From Vermamoeba vermiformis (Eukaryota), in the NCBI GenBank assembly GCA_045837725.1, contig JBEWZL010000062.1:1-64000 (forward strand): a DNA stretch of 64,000 nt, in the 5' to 3' direction. Shown here one piece after another: positions 35,336 to 49,200 of the stretch. The notes beneath the pieces were generated by a model, which was not told the DNA's origin, did no database searches, and saw only the letters and a program-made list of their open reading frames with translations. The translations under genes and the position numbers were made by a program. Position 1 is the stretch's first letter, and the number at the start of each line of letters is the position of its first letter.

Positions 35336-35866
35336 GTTTATATGGACCGTGTTTGTCGTTGTTTTCCTCGTTTGTATGCGTGGAATTTGGATTTGGCGCG
35401 TCGATGTGCTCATCCACAACGAGCCGCAAGAAAAAATGCGGCTTAGTGCTGCCCAGACGGGAAAAATCACCTAATAATTTATTGTCAGACTTTGGCATTT
35501 AAAAATAATTGTTAAGACCGAAAAAATATCGTGGATTCGATCCGTCTGTCAAATAATAATCGTCACAAATCAGTCTACTAATAACTTATTATTTGCTTAT
35601 ATTAAATTAGCATAACATGCAAATGATTGAAACAGCGAAATTATCATCGCTAATCCTCCGTGTGAATTTCGACGGATCAGATGTTTTATTAATGACAATC
35701 CAAAAGCTCCATTCGCACTTACCTATATTACTGGTGAGAGCTACTGCTTTTAAAAATGCAGCGCAGAGGTGTTTAAGCCAATCGCGAAGATTAATTTACA
35801 GCTAACAGTTTTTGCGATTAGCGTCTTTTCCTATTAATTTACATTCATCAACACGCCTCAATAGGC

Positions 35867-37658
35867 ATGCGACGTGTTGTATTTATCACATTTTTTATTG
35901 CACTCGTGGCCATGGTTGATCGCGCAGGTAACTAACGCTTGATCTAATCCGTTCAGAAACTTTTATAATATTCTACAATAAATAACATACTGGCATTGTA
36001 AATATTCATTGAAATTCTATTCTCGTCTGATATTATAATCAGAATTTATTAATGAATATTTTTGCTTTCTAGATCAACAAGTAATTAAGCCTCCAAGGCT
36101 CAACTCGGGTGAAACAGTAGTATTTATATCACCAGCAAGTCCTATTAATTATAAATACAACGAAACGCTTTATAAAAATCATGTCCTTGATTCAATGAAG
36201 TTATTGGGCCTGAACGTCAAATTTGGCATTAATGCCTTTGATATCTATGACGGTAAGTGCCACGTTTACATACTATACTATTTTTACTATTAAAATGCAT
36301 AGAAGGAAGCATCGGATCCAGAACTGTTGATTTACCTGAATTTTTTTCTATTTAGGGTATCTCGCTGGATCTGACGAAGAACGCGCAGCTGACGTGAATG
36401 ATATGTTTACTCAGACTAAAGCTCGAGCCATTATTGCAAACAGAGGTGGATGGGGCTGCAATCGTATTTTACAATTGGTAAGCAGATCTGATCACTTGCT
36501 CAGGACGCCCGACACGTGTATTAATCTTAATAATGTATTATAGGTAGACTTTAACAATATCAAGAACAATCCTAAGCCTATTATGGGCTATTCAGATTTG
36601 ACTGCTTTGCTCAACTCGATCGCGTTCAAAACTGGACTCGTAACTTTCCATGGGTACGTCAGTTAGCCCCATTAAACCGACGCAATATGACTTACTAATA
36701 AGACCAATATCCTAGTCCCATGGGTTTGGATAGTTGGAACAATTCGAATGCCCAATTTGTTCGCAAAGTTATTATGAGTGGAGAACAAGTGTAAGTACTG
36801 CAGGAATCTTTCGATGAAATTATCGCTCTTTTATTTTAAATATGATATCTAAATACAAGCTCTATCGCTGCGGCTTTGCTGGTTGGAATCTGAGATCTGA
36901 TCGTGTACGTTGTTTGTGGTACTGATTTCTGTTTCTTTTAGTGAATATAAGACAGATGCATCTGCTTTGACGACCATCTCGAGCGGAAGATCACGCGGAA
37001 AATTAATCGGAGGAAATTTGTCGGTGTTTACCGCGATGATTGGATCGGAGTACATGTGGGACTATTTTGCCGATAAAATCCTCTTCCTGGAAGGTATGAA
37101 GCCCTACTATAATACATTACTTGTTTATTTCTTTGTATTAAGCTTATTATTACATTTAGAAATTGGAGAAGAGCCGTACAGAATCGATCGAATGATGATG
37201 CAAATTGAATTGTCGGGTGTCTTGAAAACCATCAAGGGATTCATCTGGGGAAGGCAAGTAACTGATTTAATACTAAATACAACTCTTTATGAAGCACGTA
37301 ACTTCACCAGCTGACCGGCGATCAGACCTGCAGATGCGGATCGCACCAAACACTTTTTAAATAGCCCAAATGTGCAAGAAATATTAATATCCGTCTACTT
37401 TTTATTTAATCGCAGTGGTCACATGACTTACCTGAGTTTTTTATCAGATGCTCCGGTTGCGAAGCTTCGAATCCAGACCACAGCCAGACTTGGCAAGCAG
37501 TAATCATTGAAAAAATGAAAAAATATCCCTCCACCCCCTCATTCATTGGTGCTCTTATCGGTCATATCGATCAACAGTGGACTATGCCCATCGGTGTTCA
37601 AGTGGAAATGGATGCAAGCCAAGGCACCATCAAAATGTTAGAATCGGCCGTTATCTGA
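35867..37658 (+). CDS. Secreted LD-carboxypeptidase, peptidase family S66 (LdcA/MccF-like)
   Basis: Signal peptide MRRVVFITFFIALVAM, then PPRLNSGETVVFISPAS, YLAGSDEERA, RGGWG, MGYSDLTAL (Ser), TFHGPM, LIGGNLS, LFLEEIGEEPYRIDRM (Glu) and IGHIDQQWTMPIG (His). Confidence 0.92.
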
Positions 37659-37846
37659 TAATTCTAACAACTCCGTAAATACTCTCTTTAACACTACATT
37701 TATTTTCCCTTTATCCTAAATCGACGGTGAATAGAAGCGTCGGGAAGATCTGACGAAATTTTTGTCAGTTTTCTCGCGTGATCGGTGCGTGCAAAACTTT
37801 TCGCAGCTTTAAGCATTTAAAACTACGAACAACTCACAGCACCACA

Positions 37847-40800
37847 ATGGACCAAGCAGTTAAATTTCAGTTCCGTTGGGAAGGATCCGAACGAGCAGTA
37901 GAAGTCTCTTTCCACGCAACGTTTGGCGAGGTTAGAAAAGAAATTTCAAAAATAACGGGCTTGGAGCCAGCGTTTATAAAAATATTGTTGAAAGGAAAAC
38001 ACCCGAAAGATGACGTAAGTCTGGACATCCGATCCAAAAAAATTAATTTTTAAATTTCAGAAAAATCAGAATATTATTAAATTGATCGAAACCGATATCT
38101 ACCAGTATATTCCCCTATTATCGATCGTCTTATATAATTGTGGATTATTTGAATATTAGAAATTGAATTTTTTTTAAAATTTCCATAATTAGGTCTTCAT
38201 CCAAGAATTCGGTGTCAAGTCCCCGCAAAAAATCATGGTGCTTGGAATGTCTGCCAGTGAAATGGAGAAAGTTCTTCAAGAAGAAACAGCGGCAAAAGAG
38301 CGCAGGGAAATTGAAAGGATCGCGCAAGAATTAGAACGTCAAGAACAGGAAGCACGACAACGCGAAGAGGAAGAAAGAATGCGATTGGAAGATGAAGAGG
38401 TATGTACATGCATTTACGATTGTTTTATGCTGTATAAAAGCTTTCTCTGATCTGTCGTTCGTCGCGACCACGTGGTCAGCTGTTCGATTGTCTCACAATA
38501 CAATTATATTTCCTTATATAGCATTGATTATTGATTATTGAAGGCTAAGATTTAAATTCGAGGCTAATTTTTTTGTTAACTACCTACAGAGACGAAGATT
38601 AGCGGAAGAGCGTCGAGCACAACGCGAACGAGAAATCGAAGAGAATAGAATGAATTATAGAAACAACCTGCAACAGTCTCAAGAACGAGTATGTCACGCA
38701 TTACGAGATCAGATCTGGTCTTTTTTATTAACCTTGCTTTCTTTTCTTAGACTGGCTCGGCTACGTTCAAATTGAAGGCTTTTTCTTTTGCTTTTTCAAA
38801 TCGAACGAATATTTCAGACAATAGCGACAAAATATTATTACCGCAGTCCATTCTCGATTTAATCGGTAAGTTACAGACTACAAACCTAATAACATGAATA
38901 TTAATTTGATCGCGTTATTAGAAACGAATAGAGTAGCATTTCCTATTACTTTGGAATTAAAGCCCATTAGCGAAAATAACAATAATTTGATGGATGTGGA
39001 TGCGAGTGACGCGGATCAAGCGATGAGCGAGAACAGCAATACCGACGAACGTCTCGATGATAACAAAGAAGGCCAAAATATATCAGATATGAACGATAAT
39101 ATGACAGTAGAACAACTGATAGCGAATAACAATAACACGAACACTGATCACTTGCAGATCCCGCACGTAACTCACGCATCGGTGCTTGACTTCACCGCAC
39201 CTGAGAATACAGCCTACTTGCCATATAGAGTAAGTTAGTTTGACATATATCCGAATTAGGCTAATTGAAACTTTGTGCAGATGTTGAAAAAGTTGGGTAT
39301 CGATGAAGGCGTTGAAATTGATTTCAAAACAGTCTCACTGCCTAAAGCTGAATTCGCAAAGCTGCAACCGCATAATATGAAGTGGATTGAAATTCCTGAA
39401 GTCGAACGGAGGTCAATGTAAGTCTATTTAATGCAGTTTTTATAACTCAATCCTTGGATCCGAAATCATGACCAGAAAAATATTTGCAATGATTGACTTT
39501 TTGACTTGTAACGTACCGAGTTTAACAAAGCGGTCCTGCTAACTGATGTATTTTTTAGTTTGGAGAATCATCTGCGCACATACCAAACACTGACAGTGAA
39601 CGATGTGATTGGCGTTGAATACGACAATTTCACGTACGAATTTGACGTGATTGAATTGAAGCCTCAGAATGCCGTGTCAATTTTGGATAGCGACGTAACG
39701 GTGGATATCTTGGAGCCATTAGAACTGCAAAAGATTGTCCATACTGAGCTGAAATTCGAAGAAACAAAGCAAATTAATCTAACCAAAGGACAATCTTCGT
39801 ACTTCCAAGGTAAGTCCCGGATCCAGAAAATTTATCAATTTTGTTCTTTCCCTCGAATCGCCTTCAATTAACTTTGATTCTTATAGTTAATGTCACCGAT
39901 CCATATACTAGTCTTAATATCAAGTTATCGTTTGAAGAAGGCACAGCGGAATTTTACATCTCAACGCTGAGAAAATACCCGACAAAGACGAGTTATCAAT
40001 GGACCTCGGAACAAAATTACAATGCATCGAATCCGAGCACAGCGAAGGCTGTGTTTAGTCCTATTGATGGATCGAAATCGATTGTTATTGACCAGAATGA
40101 TACCTCGTTTCAAGTTGGCATGTATTTTATTGGCGTGCATTGTTCCATGGCCGAATCATGCAAAGCCTCATTGACTGTCAAAAACGGTACGCGGCGATCA
40201 CTTTGTTATAATACTATGTTTACTAACGATACTACTATTATAGCCAAAGCACAGCAGTCACTCGGATCCACGGATGCAGCACCTTCAGCGGACACGACGC
40301 AATGCCCGCATTGCTTGAAGTTCGTGTCTAAAGCTAGCTTTTTAATGCACTCGGCTCAATGTGCGCGAAGAAATTACGTGTGTGACATTTGTAAACAAGT
40401 AATTCCAATTGCAGACAAGCAAAAACATCAACAAGTAGCGCACTCGAAGGTACGTCACTTTGAGACATTACGATAACACTCGAACGGACATTAATGAACT
40501 ATGACTTATATAGATTAAGTGTGAGTGTGGTTATGAAGGTGAGCCCGAGCTGATTCAACTGCACAAGCAATACGAATGTAAATATAGACCTTACAAGTGC
40601 CCCTATTGCGAGGTCACCATCACCTGGAACGATCGAGCCTCTCACTTGAAACTGTGCGGAAGGTAAGCCAATATGCCTTTTATAAACCATAATGATGATT
40701 TGAAAGCGAAACTTGCTCTCAGCAATGTTTAAGTTTAAGATCCGAATCTAATCCATTTACTTCAGCCGAACAACACAGTGTCCCTATTGCAGCAAAAATG

Positions 40801-40967
40801 TGAAATATAGTGGTAAGTGCTTACAATTATTTATAATAGTCTTGCGTGCGGTACTAAACCGATGTCGTGTTCAAGATTTGCAAGTTCATCAAGCGGCAAA
40901 CCATCCTGAATTTTTTCCAGAAGCAGCTCAAGAGAACGGAGACAGCAATTCCGCGATGACTAACTAA
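37847..40967 (+). CDS. Ubiquitin-like + coiled coil + UFD1 domain + TRAF-type Zn finger protein
   Basis: Ubl ATFGEVRKEISKITGLEPAFIKILLKGK. UFD1 motifs SDKILLPQS, THASVLDFTAPENTAYLP, LPKAEFAKLQP and LENHLRTYQTLTVND. C-terminal CPHC...HSAQCARRNYVCDIC and CKYRPYKCPYC. Confidence 0.88.
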
Positions 40968-41286
40968 TGTATATAATGCGAATATAAATCGGATCTAACT
41001 CCCTCTAAGGCAAGAAAAATTACATCAAAATTGCGTGATCCCTTCCGAACGGTGGACAGCAGTGCTGACTCGATTCAATATGCTAAAGATTTGATACAGT
41101 CGCACGATATACCTTACAATCTAGCAATCGTACGCGAAAAGTCGCACTTCTTTTTGGTGAATCTCTCGAGCTTTTCCTGACAGATCGAAAACCTTAAAAC
41201 CAGCCTGCTTGCTATCGGCATTTTTCAATACCATTTTCAACACTACACCACTTCCCTCTATTTTTTTTATTACTACTACGATCATA

Positions 41287-41634
41287 ATGTTAGCAACTTT
41301 GATCCACCTCGGCGTGTGGCTCGGATTGGCCGCGACTGCTTCGTTCATCGCTAGCAAATATATCCTCAAGACTGCTATCCAATCACCCTTATGGCTGGCT
41401 CTCGGAGTTTTGGGCTCGCTCTTCGGATCTTTCTTCGGCAAGCTTTTCGGATACACCACTGCCGCTGCATCGTACTTCAGCTTGGGCTTCTTAGTCTTTG
41501 GATTCCTCGGTGCACTTAGCTTTATTGTTTTGTACAACAAAGTCCTCGCCAATCCAAAGGCCCACCGAAGAATCGAATCTGCTGCCCAAACAACTCGCTC
41601 GAACATCAACGAAGTGAGCGCCAGAATGAAATAA
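41287..41634 (+). CDS. Small multi-pass membrane protein, hypothetical
   Basis: Intronless ORF from ATG 41287 with three hydrophobic Gly/Ala-rich stretches and a basic tail. Confidence 0.6.
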   Translation: MLATLIHLGVWLGLAATASFIASKYILKTAIQSPLWLALGVLGSLFGSFFGKLFGYTTAAASYFSLGFLVFGFLGALSFIVLYNKVLANPKAHRRIESAAQTTRSNINEVSARMK

Positions 41635-42429
41635 TTTGTTAATAAATTTGTCTTTTTCTTACTCTATTGACCCTTCATCTGGTTCACCAGCATAAAATGC
41701 AGCGAGATTTTAATCTCACGAAATTTAAATTTAAATCGAAATTATTTCTGCCAGTTTATACTCGTGCTCCCTTTAGTATTACCTGTAATTAATTGCTTTG
41801 CGTATTTTTTCGGTTGGATAAAAGGTTTCGAACGCATCCGTTACTTCACTGCCGGATCTTGCAACGTCCGTTAGACGTTAATTCGAAAACCATAACACAC
41901 TGCTATGAGACTTCATTTTAAATGTGTTGCTTACGATGAAGACTTTGTGCAACTCCCACATTTTATTTTTAGTCTTTTTGGCGGCTCGTCAATTCTCGCT
42001 TCCGACCACTTTCGTTATTGGGTGCTCTAATGTCAATCGATGTGTTTACGTCGCTCCCGCCTCTCCGATCTACAAGGCTGTGGGTCGGGGGGGTTTTGAG
42101 TCTAGTTCGTTGTTCAAATCCGCTTTGCTGGTTAGTTTGAACTAAGCCATGAGGAGTCACATGCGCGGCTCCTCGTAGTTGAACTAGTCTCAGCTTTATT
42201 CGCTAATAGTAAGTGGAGTGACACGATTGACGGAAACTAAATCATCACTACTCAGAATTCGTTTCTGTCGGTCTTAAACGTCATTTCGACTCAATCACCC
42301 TTTCTTTTTTTGTTTCCATCGAAATGGTTTACTGAGATACTACTCCAGCACAGTCCTTTGCGTCAAAAGCAGAGTAAGAAGCAGTAAGACTTAAAACGAA
42401 AGACTTTATTTTAGTCAAAAGCCAACTAA

Positions 42430-44960
42430 CTATTCTGGTCTATTGCTGTCAAACCCAATTTGAGTGATGAGTGAAATCCAAGGAGAGGTACCAAAGCTGA
42501 GTCCATCATGAGCAATTATGCACATCTTGTCATTGATGTCTTCCTCTGAATACTTGTAATGTCTATTTGACACCACCACAAGCAGATGTTCAAAATTTGG
42601 TAGTGCTGCTGCAAGTTTGGTAAGCTTGTCTTTGAGGCTATCTACCTCAGGCTTTGATAAAGAGCCAGTCCCTGACTTCTGTGCCAAGTGCTTAGCATCA
42701 AGCCAAACAATAACTTGTTGCTTTGTGTCATAATTGAACAACTGCAAGTGGCCATCAAACACATTGTTAGCACCGAAGTAAATGCCACGATGAGTTAAGT
42801 CCGTAAATTTAACTGTTTGCTTGCTTGCTAATAAAACCTAGTCATTGAGTTAGTGAGTGCTGAATAACAATAACATGCATACCTGGTCTGTTGCAGTGTT
42901 TGGAGTCTTGGCCCACTCACCCAATGGATTAGCAGAAGCAACACTCAGCACCTTGGTCTCAACAGCAAACTTCAGTTCTTTAAAGGCAGGTAGACAGTAT
43001 CCTCCAAAGAAGAAGTGTTTGGCAGGGATGTAGTCCACTTGTGAAGTGAAATTGAACATATTCCAACGAAAAACAAATTGGCACACAATTAGCTCTTCAA
43101 ACTTGTATGCATTCACAAAGAAATCAGAGGTAAGCTTGTTCGCTTGATGGACAAGTTCCCAATAAACTGTAAGCATAATAACCATTATTAATGCTTGTAA
43201 TTGTACTATTAAGATTTTGTACCATTTTGTGGAAGCTCCTTTCCATTAGGAAACTGCTGATCTTGTGGATTTGAAATACTCAATACACTCTTGGCAATAA
43301 CCATTGGAGTGTCTAAGATGATTGAACTATTGCCTGCTGGAAACCATTTCTCACCATTGGAAGGGCCTCGAAGAGATGCATATCCAGACTGTTCAGCCTT
43401 TTCAGCTGTCCATATCTCAATGTCATCGAGGGTGTGAGACTTCAGTTGCCAAGCCACAGGACTATTTCGAGCCGTAACTGAATAACCTGCTACTGAGAGC
43501 AATAATGGCCAAACAAATGGACCATTAGCTAGTCTGATTCTGTATCGTCGGTCTACACAACGAATTAACGTGTCAAATGCCTTTCCAGGATCATATTCAG
43601 CAGGAGTCATCTGTGAAGCTACATCTGTGCAAAAAATCTCCAAAAGGCGAGGGTTACCACCAAGTGGCGATAACAATCTATCCAAATCTGGAACATTTGA
43701 CCATGCATCTCCCAATTCACTCTTGACAATGGCTCTGGCTGATTTGATGGATAGACGGCACATACAATAGTCAGGAAATGCACCATCTGTTGGATGGGGA
43801 AACAAGTAGTTGTGATGCAAGCCAATGCCAACAAAGCTGCCAAAAATGAACAATTTTGAGAGCAAGGCACGACTAGTTGTCATGAACACACGTGCAATTG
43901 CAAGACTAAGTGGTTCCAATGCAGTTGAAGCATTGCCTGATTTAGCACTGCCTCCATAGGGAACATCTATCAGCCTCAGTGGTTGAAACTCGTCATTGGC
44001 CATGTAAAGCATTGTAAATCTTTCACTTGCTGGTTTTGCTTCATTCTCTGCTACGATTGCTCTTGCCACCTTCTCAAAATGAAATTGTTGTTGTGCTGGC
44101 TCTGGTAAGGCTGCAATTATGGTCCTAATTCGGTCAAAGTCGTAACTTTTGAACCAAAACTTTGCTGCCAATCTAGTGCCAAGCACCAACGATGCTGGCC
44201 ATCTTTCTTCGATGTCTCTCTTGTATGCATATCCACCGCTCCACCAATCGACCGTAAGGATGGCAGGATTACGCAACTTTTCTAACAATAGATCTTTGTT
44301 TGGATGCTGGCTCTTATTTGCAGCCTCTCGCATTAGTCCAATTAACTCCATCGATATCCTCGTCTTGCCTGCTCCGGACATGCCATAAAATTGTACACCG
44401 TTGACGACGAGCTTGTCGCCGAACGGCTTCCCAATAGTTCTGGTCAATAACTGCTGGACCAAATCTTGCACGCTTTGTTGCTGGTCTTCGGGTACGTACT
44501 CGAACTTAATATGCGCCATAGGCTTGTCCCCGATAACGTCGCTCTTGCGCAATAGTGACGATAAAATCTCCTTTGAATTTAGTCGGACTGAAGACGAACT
44601 GTCGCCAATCCTATAACAAAACATTAAATCGCGTTCGTGAAGCCACTCGAACATTTATTTACGTGGGCCAACCAAATAACCTGGGTTATTTGCAGATAAA
44701 CAAACAAAAAGTAATTGCTTGAATAGGCCTATCGAAATCAAAACAATATTTACCTTTTTGTGGAGACCTTGTTGGAAGTTTTCCGATATTTTTTTGGTTT
44801 AGACGGGATTCGTTTGTGTTTTCCCAAAGGACCCAATTTTGAACGCGCTTGAACAACTTTTGAGGAGTGTAAGCAGCGTACTATTTCAATTAATTAATTA
44901 TTAGTATGCATATATTCGTTTATAACTTGCATACCGAAGTACGAATAAGATCCTGGCATC
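42430..44960 (-). CDS. Crinkler-like P-loop NTPase + restriction-endonuclease-fold protein
   Basis: Walker A QFYGMSGAGKTR, Walker B LYMANDEFQ and LGGNPRLLE. The C-terminal exon FDGHLQL...VWLDAKH resembles PD-(D/E)xK. The 5' exons are approximate. Confidence 0.7.
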
Positions 44961-46218
44961 GTTCCGCCAACACCAGATGAGATGAGCTGTCGAAACATAT
45001 TGTCCTTTGTTTACGTTGCTTGCATGCAACGAACACTTGTGCTCGCGTTGTGCTGGTTAGAATAATTGAAATTATGAGCTTGCATTCAGGCGTGCTTCGG
45101 TTTGTGCCAGCCACAAATCTGCTCCTTTCAAAAATACTTTGAGCGACAAGTGGTTCAACTATTTGGAGTCCAATAGTACGTAACCGACATCTAGTATCAT
45201 ATATTAGTACCGGTATACCATTAGGCAAATACCAGCTGCTGCAGTGCCCTCCTCGTTCACGTGTGCACGGGATCATCGAACAGCCTTTCCTTACCTATAC
45301 CAGCACACTGTGCAAACGATTTAAATGACGTTCATGACAAAATAGATCGACCCGAAGCGCCGCAAGGTGAGCATCAGTTACAAGCGAGATCTGTCGCAGC
45401 AGACAATCATGCTATCAAGGTCGACCAATAGGAAGGGTATTAGCCTCGAGAAACTAGCAGGAATTAGCATTTTGTTTGAACCAACTCATAGTGTACGATA
45501 ATTTGTTATTTAGAAACAAAGTAAATAGTTGGAAGACTGCCAGGAGCAACGGTAACTTCAGATTTGAATCTCACAAAGACAGTGAGCCAAAATTATGACG
45601 ATCACGCCATTAATTGTAAAAAATAATTATGAGACTTAGGCACGTTGGCCGTATTAAAAGAAGACAAAGGAGGCAAGTTCACGTGAGCTTACATAGGTTT
45701 GGCTGCTGTAGTCTTCTGTGGCGTTCCACTCGGCAAATCTTTAATATCTAGCTGAACGCAAGTGCAATATTACTGACATTGAGTGTACGTGTCTGCAGGG
45801 ACAAGAAAAGAGACGCATTTGGTTGAACGAAGAGATGCGGACAACAGTTGCTGCAATGTTCCGTAGGTCACCCCTTATGTTCATCATCAAGTGTATTACG
45901 AAAGCGAATACAACTGCAGGACACGCAGAAACGTAGTTCTCGAAAAGCAGAAAAGGCGAAAACCTTTCTTTTGCGTGGTTTTAGGAAAACCGCAAGAAAA
46001 AGTCGACAAAACCAGGAAAAATCCCATAAATAACCCAGAGCGGAGCCAACTTTTTAACCGGATTTGTCTTGGTTATTTCCATTCTCCCTTATTTGTCACT
46101 GACAAACAACAGCATTTCTCGTACTATTTTTTATCTTAGTACCCTTGTATATATTACCACACCTTTTGCGCTGAGGTCACAATTTTGTATTTTTATTGAT
46201 CCTATGAGCAATTGAGAG

Positions 46219-49200
46219 ATGAGCTTTACTACACCTTTCTCGTTCGGTTCTCCTGCTCCGTCTGCGTTCGGTGCGACTACTCCGCAACCCTCTGCATTCG
46301 GTGGTAGCACGTTCGGCGGAACAAGCACTACAGGTAAGCGCAGGCTTGTTACCACGCGTCGATCAAGATTAGAACCTAACACTGAGAATGATACAGGCTT
46401 TGGAACTACAGGAGGTACCTCTTTTGGCACTACACCTCAATCAACATTCCCAAGCACATCATTCGGAGGCACGACTAGTACTGCAGGAGGATTCGGCTTT
46501 GGTCAGCCAACCACTGGAACCAGTACTTTTGGAAGTACAACCCCATCAACTACAGGATTTGGTTTTGGTATGTAAAATGCATAGCTTGGTATTATTAATT
46601 GTTTTTTTATATTTTTTGGGACGTAATTACAAATTTTTTATTTACCGTTTCGGCGCGATCGTGCTCTTTTAACATTTTATTTCGTTTAATTTGCATAATT
46701 TGTAGTATTATGTGCTATATATGAGCAATAGTATTTTATTTTAAATTTTAAACCTCAAGGAAGTGTCTAATAATTTATTTTTTTAGGATCGACAGCTTCT
46801 CCTTCCCCTTTCGGCGCAACAACACAACAACCCGCCTCATCTTCAGTATTCGGATCAACCACACAGAGCCCCTTTGGCGCCCCTACTACAGCAACAACAG
46901 GAGGCATGTTTGGGACTACAACCCCAGCTAATCCCTTTGGCACAACGCCAAGCACTACGACATTTGGAGCTACGACTCCTTCAACTACAGGTACGAGCTT
47001 TGGATTTGGTGGCACTACTAGCTTTGGTGGTACCACTGGAACTACGACCTCTGCTTTTGGCGCTCCAGCGACTCAATCTGCGTTTGGATCGACCACAGCC
47101 TTTGGTGCTCCTTCAACCGGATTTGCAGGTAGCCAGACTGGCACTGCAGTAGCTAAATATGCTGAAACGGCTATTAACGAGAATAACCAAATGGTTAAGT
47201 TCTTGACAATTACCGCCATGGAGCAATATAAAAACAAATCTCTGGAAGAGCTTCGATGGGAAGATTATCAAAGAGTTAAAAGCGGAGGAGGTTCGTTACG
47301 TTCAAGTCTTTTAATAATTAATTATTAGAATTTATTTTGATTTTTTTTCGACACGAGAAATTTATCAGCTTTTTCTATTCTTTTCGCTATTACGTCTTTG
47401 ATTTTGGCACGATTACTAACTTATTAATAATATAGCTCAATTTGGCACTGCAACAACAGGAGCCACTACAACTTTTGGTGCTACTACACCTTCCACTACC
47501 GGATTTGGAGGCTTCGGAACTACACCGACCACTGCCGCACCTGCTACATCATTTAGCTTCGGCTCTAGCGCCCCCACAACATCAGCTTTTGGCACTACGC
47601 CAACATCACAACCTAGCACCACATTTGGCACGTCATTCGGAACAACTCCGAGCGCCACAACCGCCACATCACCATTCTCCTTCGGTGGTACTACGGGCAC
47701 TACAGGCACTTCACTTGGAGGCACTACCTTTGGAGCCACAACAGGCACGACGGGAACCTCTCCATTTTCATTTGGTGGCACCACTGGTACTACCGGCGCT
47801 ACTTCAACTCCAAGCGCATTCTCATTTGGTGGCACTTCAAGCACACCTTCTACTTCACAGCCCTCGGCCTTCTCATTCGGAGGTACTTCGGGCACAACGG
47901 GAACTTCACAACCTGCTACTGGCTCATCGCCGTTCTCGTTCGGAGGTACTACCGGTACTTCTAGCTCAGCTCCGAGCACCTTCTCTTTTGGCAACACAGG
48001 TGGCACTTCACAGCCCTCTGGTTCATCTCCATTTTCATTTGGAGGCACCTCTTCGACACCATCGACTGGCAGTTCGACCTTCTCATTTGGCAATACTGGC
48101 AGCTCGACTGGTGCTAATATGTTTTCGACCGGACAAACTGGTGGTACTACCCCTGGCTTTGGTACCTCAAGCTTTAGCTTTGGTGGCACTTCAACGCCCT
48201 CTACCACTGGTAGCTCAAACTTGTTTGGCTTCGGTGGCACTACCGGCACAACTACGCCATCCACTGGATCTGGCATGTTCAACTTTGGAGGCACCTCCGG
48301 CACCCCTCAAACTGGTGCCACGAGCTCTTCCTTGTTTGGAAGCACCGGATTTGGAGCTCAAACTACAACTCAAGCCAATGTTCAAATCCCTATGCCGAGC
48401 ATTAATTCCACTCCTTTCGGTCCTCCACCACTTGTCATTCCTAACCCTGGTAACGTCAACAATAGCACGACTGCTACTACTCAACCACCAATGACACCTG
48501 TCGGCGCCGTCAAGACGACGCGCATTGCCGTTACTCCTCACTACAAGATGACCCCTAGATCCGCTACCAAGTTGAAGCCAAGAGGTTTCACTGGTAAATT
48601 ATTGACACCTGAAAGCGAAGTCTCTTCATCCATGGAGGCTCGTGAGGCCGATCAACTCTTCGTGCCTCGTCAAAGCATCAAAAAGCTTGACATAGAATCT
48701 TCAACTGTCGACGAGTCTCCTCTCTTTAACCGAGAGAAGCGAGCTCAGTTGATTTCTGGTGTCGCCAAGCCTGAAGACAGTGTTTCTGGCCGCCGTGTTG
48801 AGGACACAAGCCGATCGATTGATTCTTTGGCCACTCCTCAACGTACTCCGAGATTGCCCGACACTTCCTTCGTCACCTCAACTCCCTCTAACCAAGCAAG
48901 AGGCCGCCCATCAATTGACTTGGAGCAATCTAACTTGAACTTCTCCGTCGACAGCGGCGTTCAAGCTTCAACCCCTGCTCGTGCCACTACTGAAGGCACT
49001 CCTGTCAAGGCCTCTGACCTGCCGAAGATCTCCAAGCCTGGCTACTACAGCAACCCCTCGCTCGCTGAAATGCGTGCCTCTAGTCTCGAGGCTTTGCGAG
49101 CGGTGAAGGACTTTACTGTCGGTTGCGAAGGTGTCGGAAGCGTTCGTTTCTTGGGCGAGACTGACGTCCGAAAATTGGCTGTTGATGACTTGGTTATTTT

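Noticed and set aside
46219-48400. Highly repetitive Gly/Thr/Ser-rich DNA with long ORFs on both strands
   Set aside because: Fully explained by Nup98 FG repeats; the antisense and alternate-frame ORFs are shadows.
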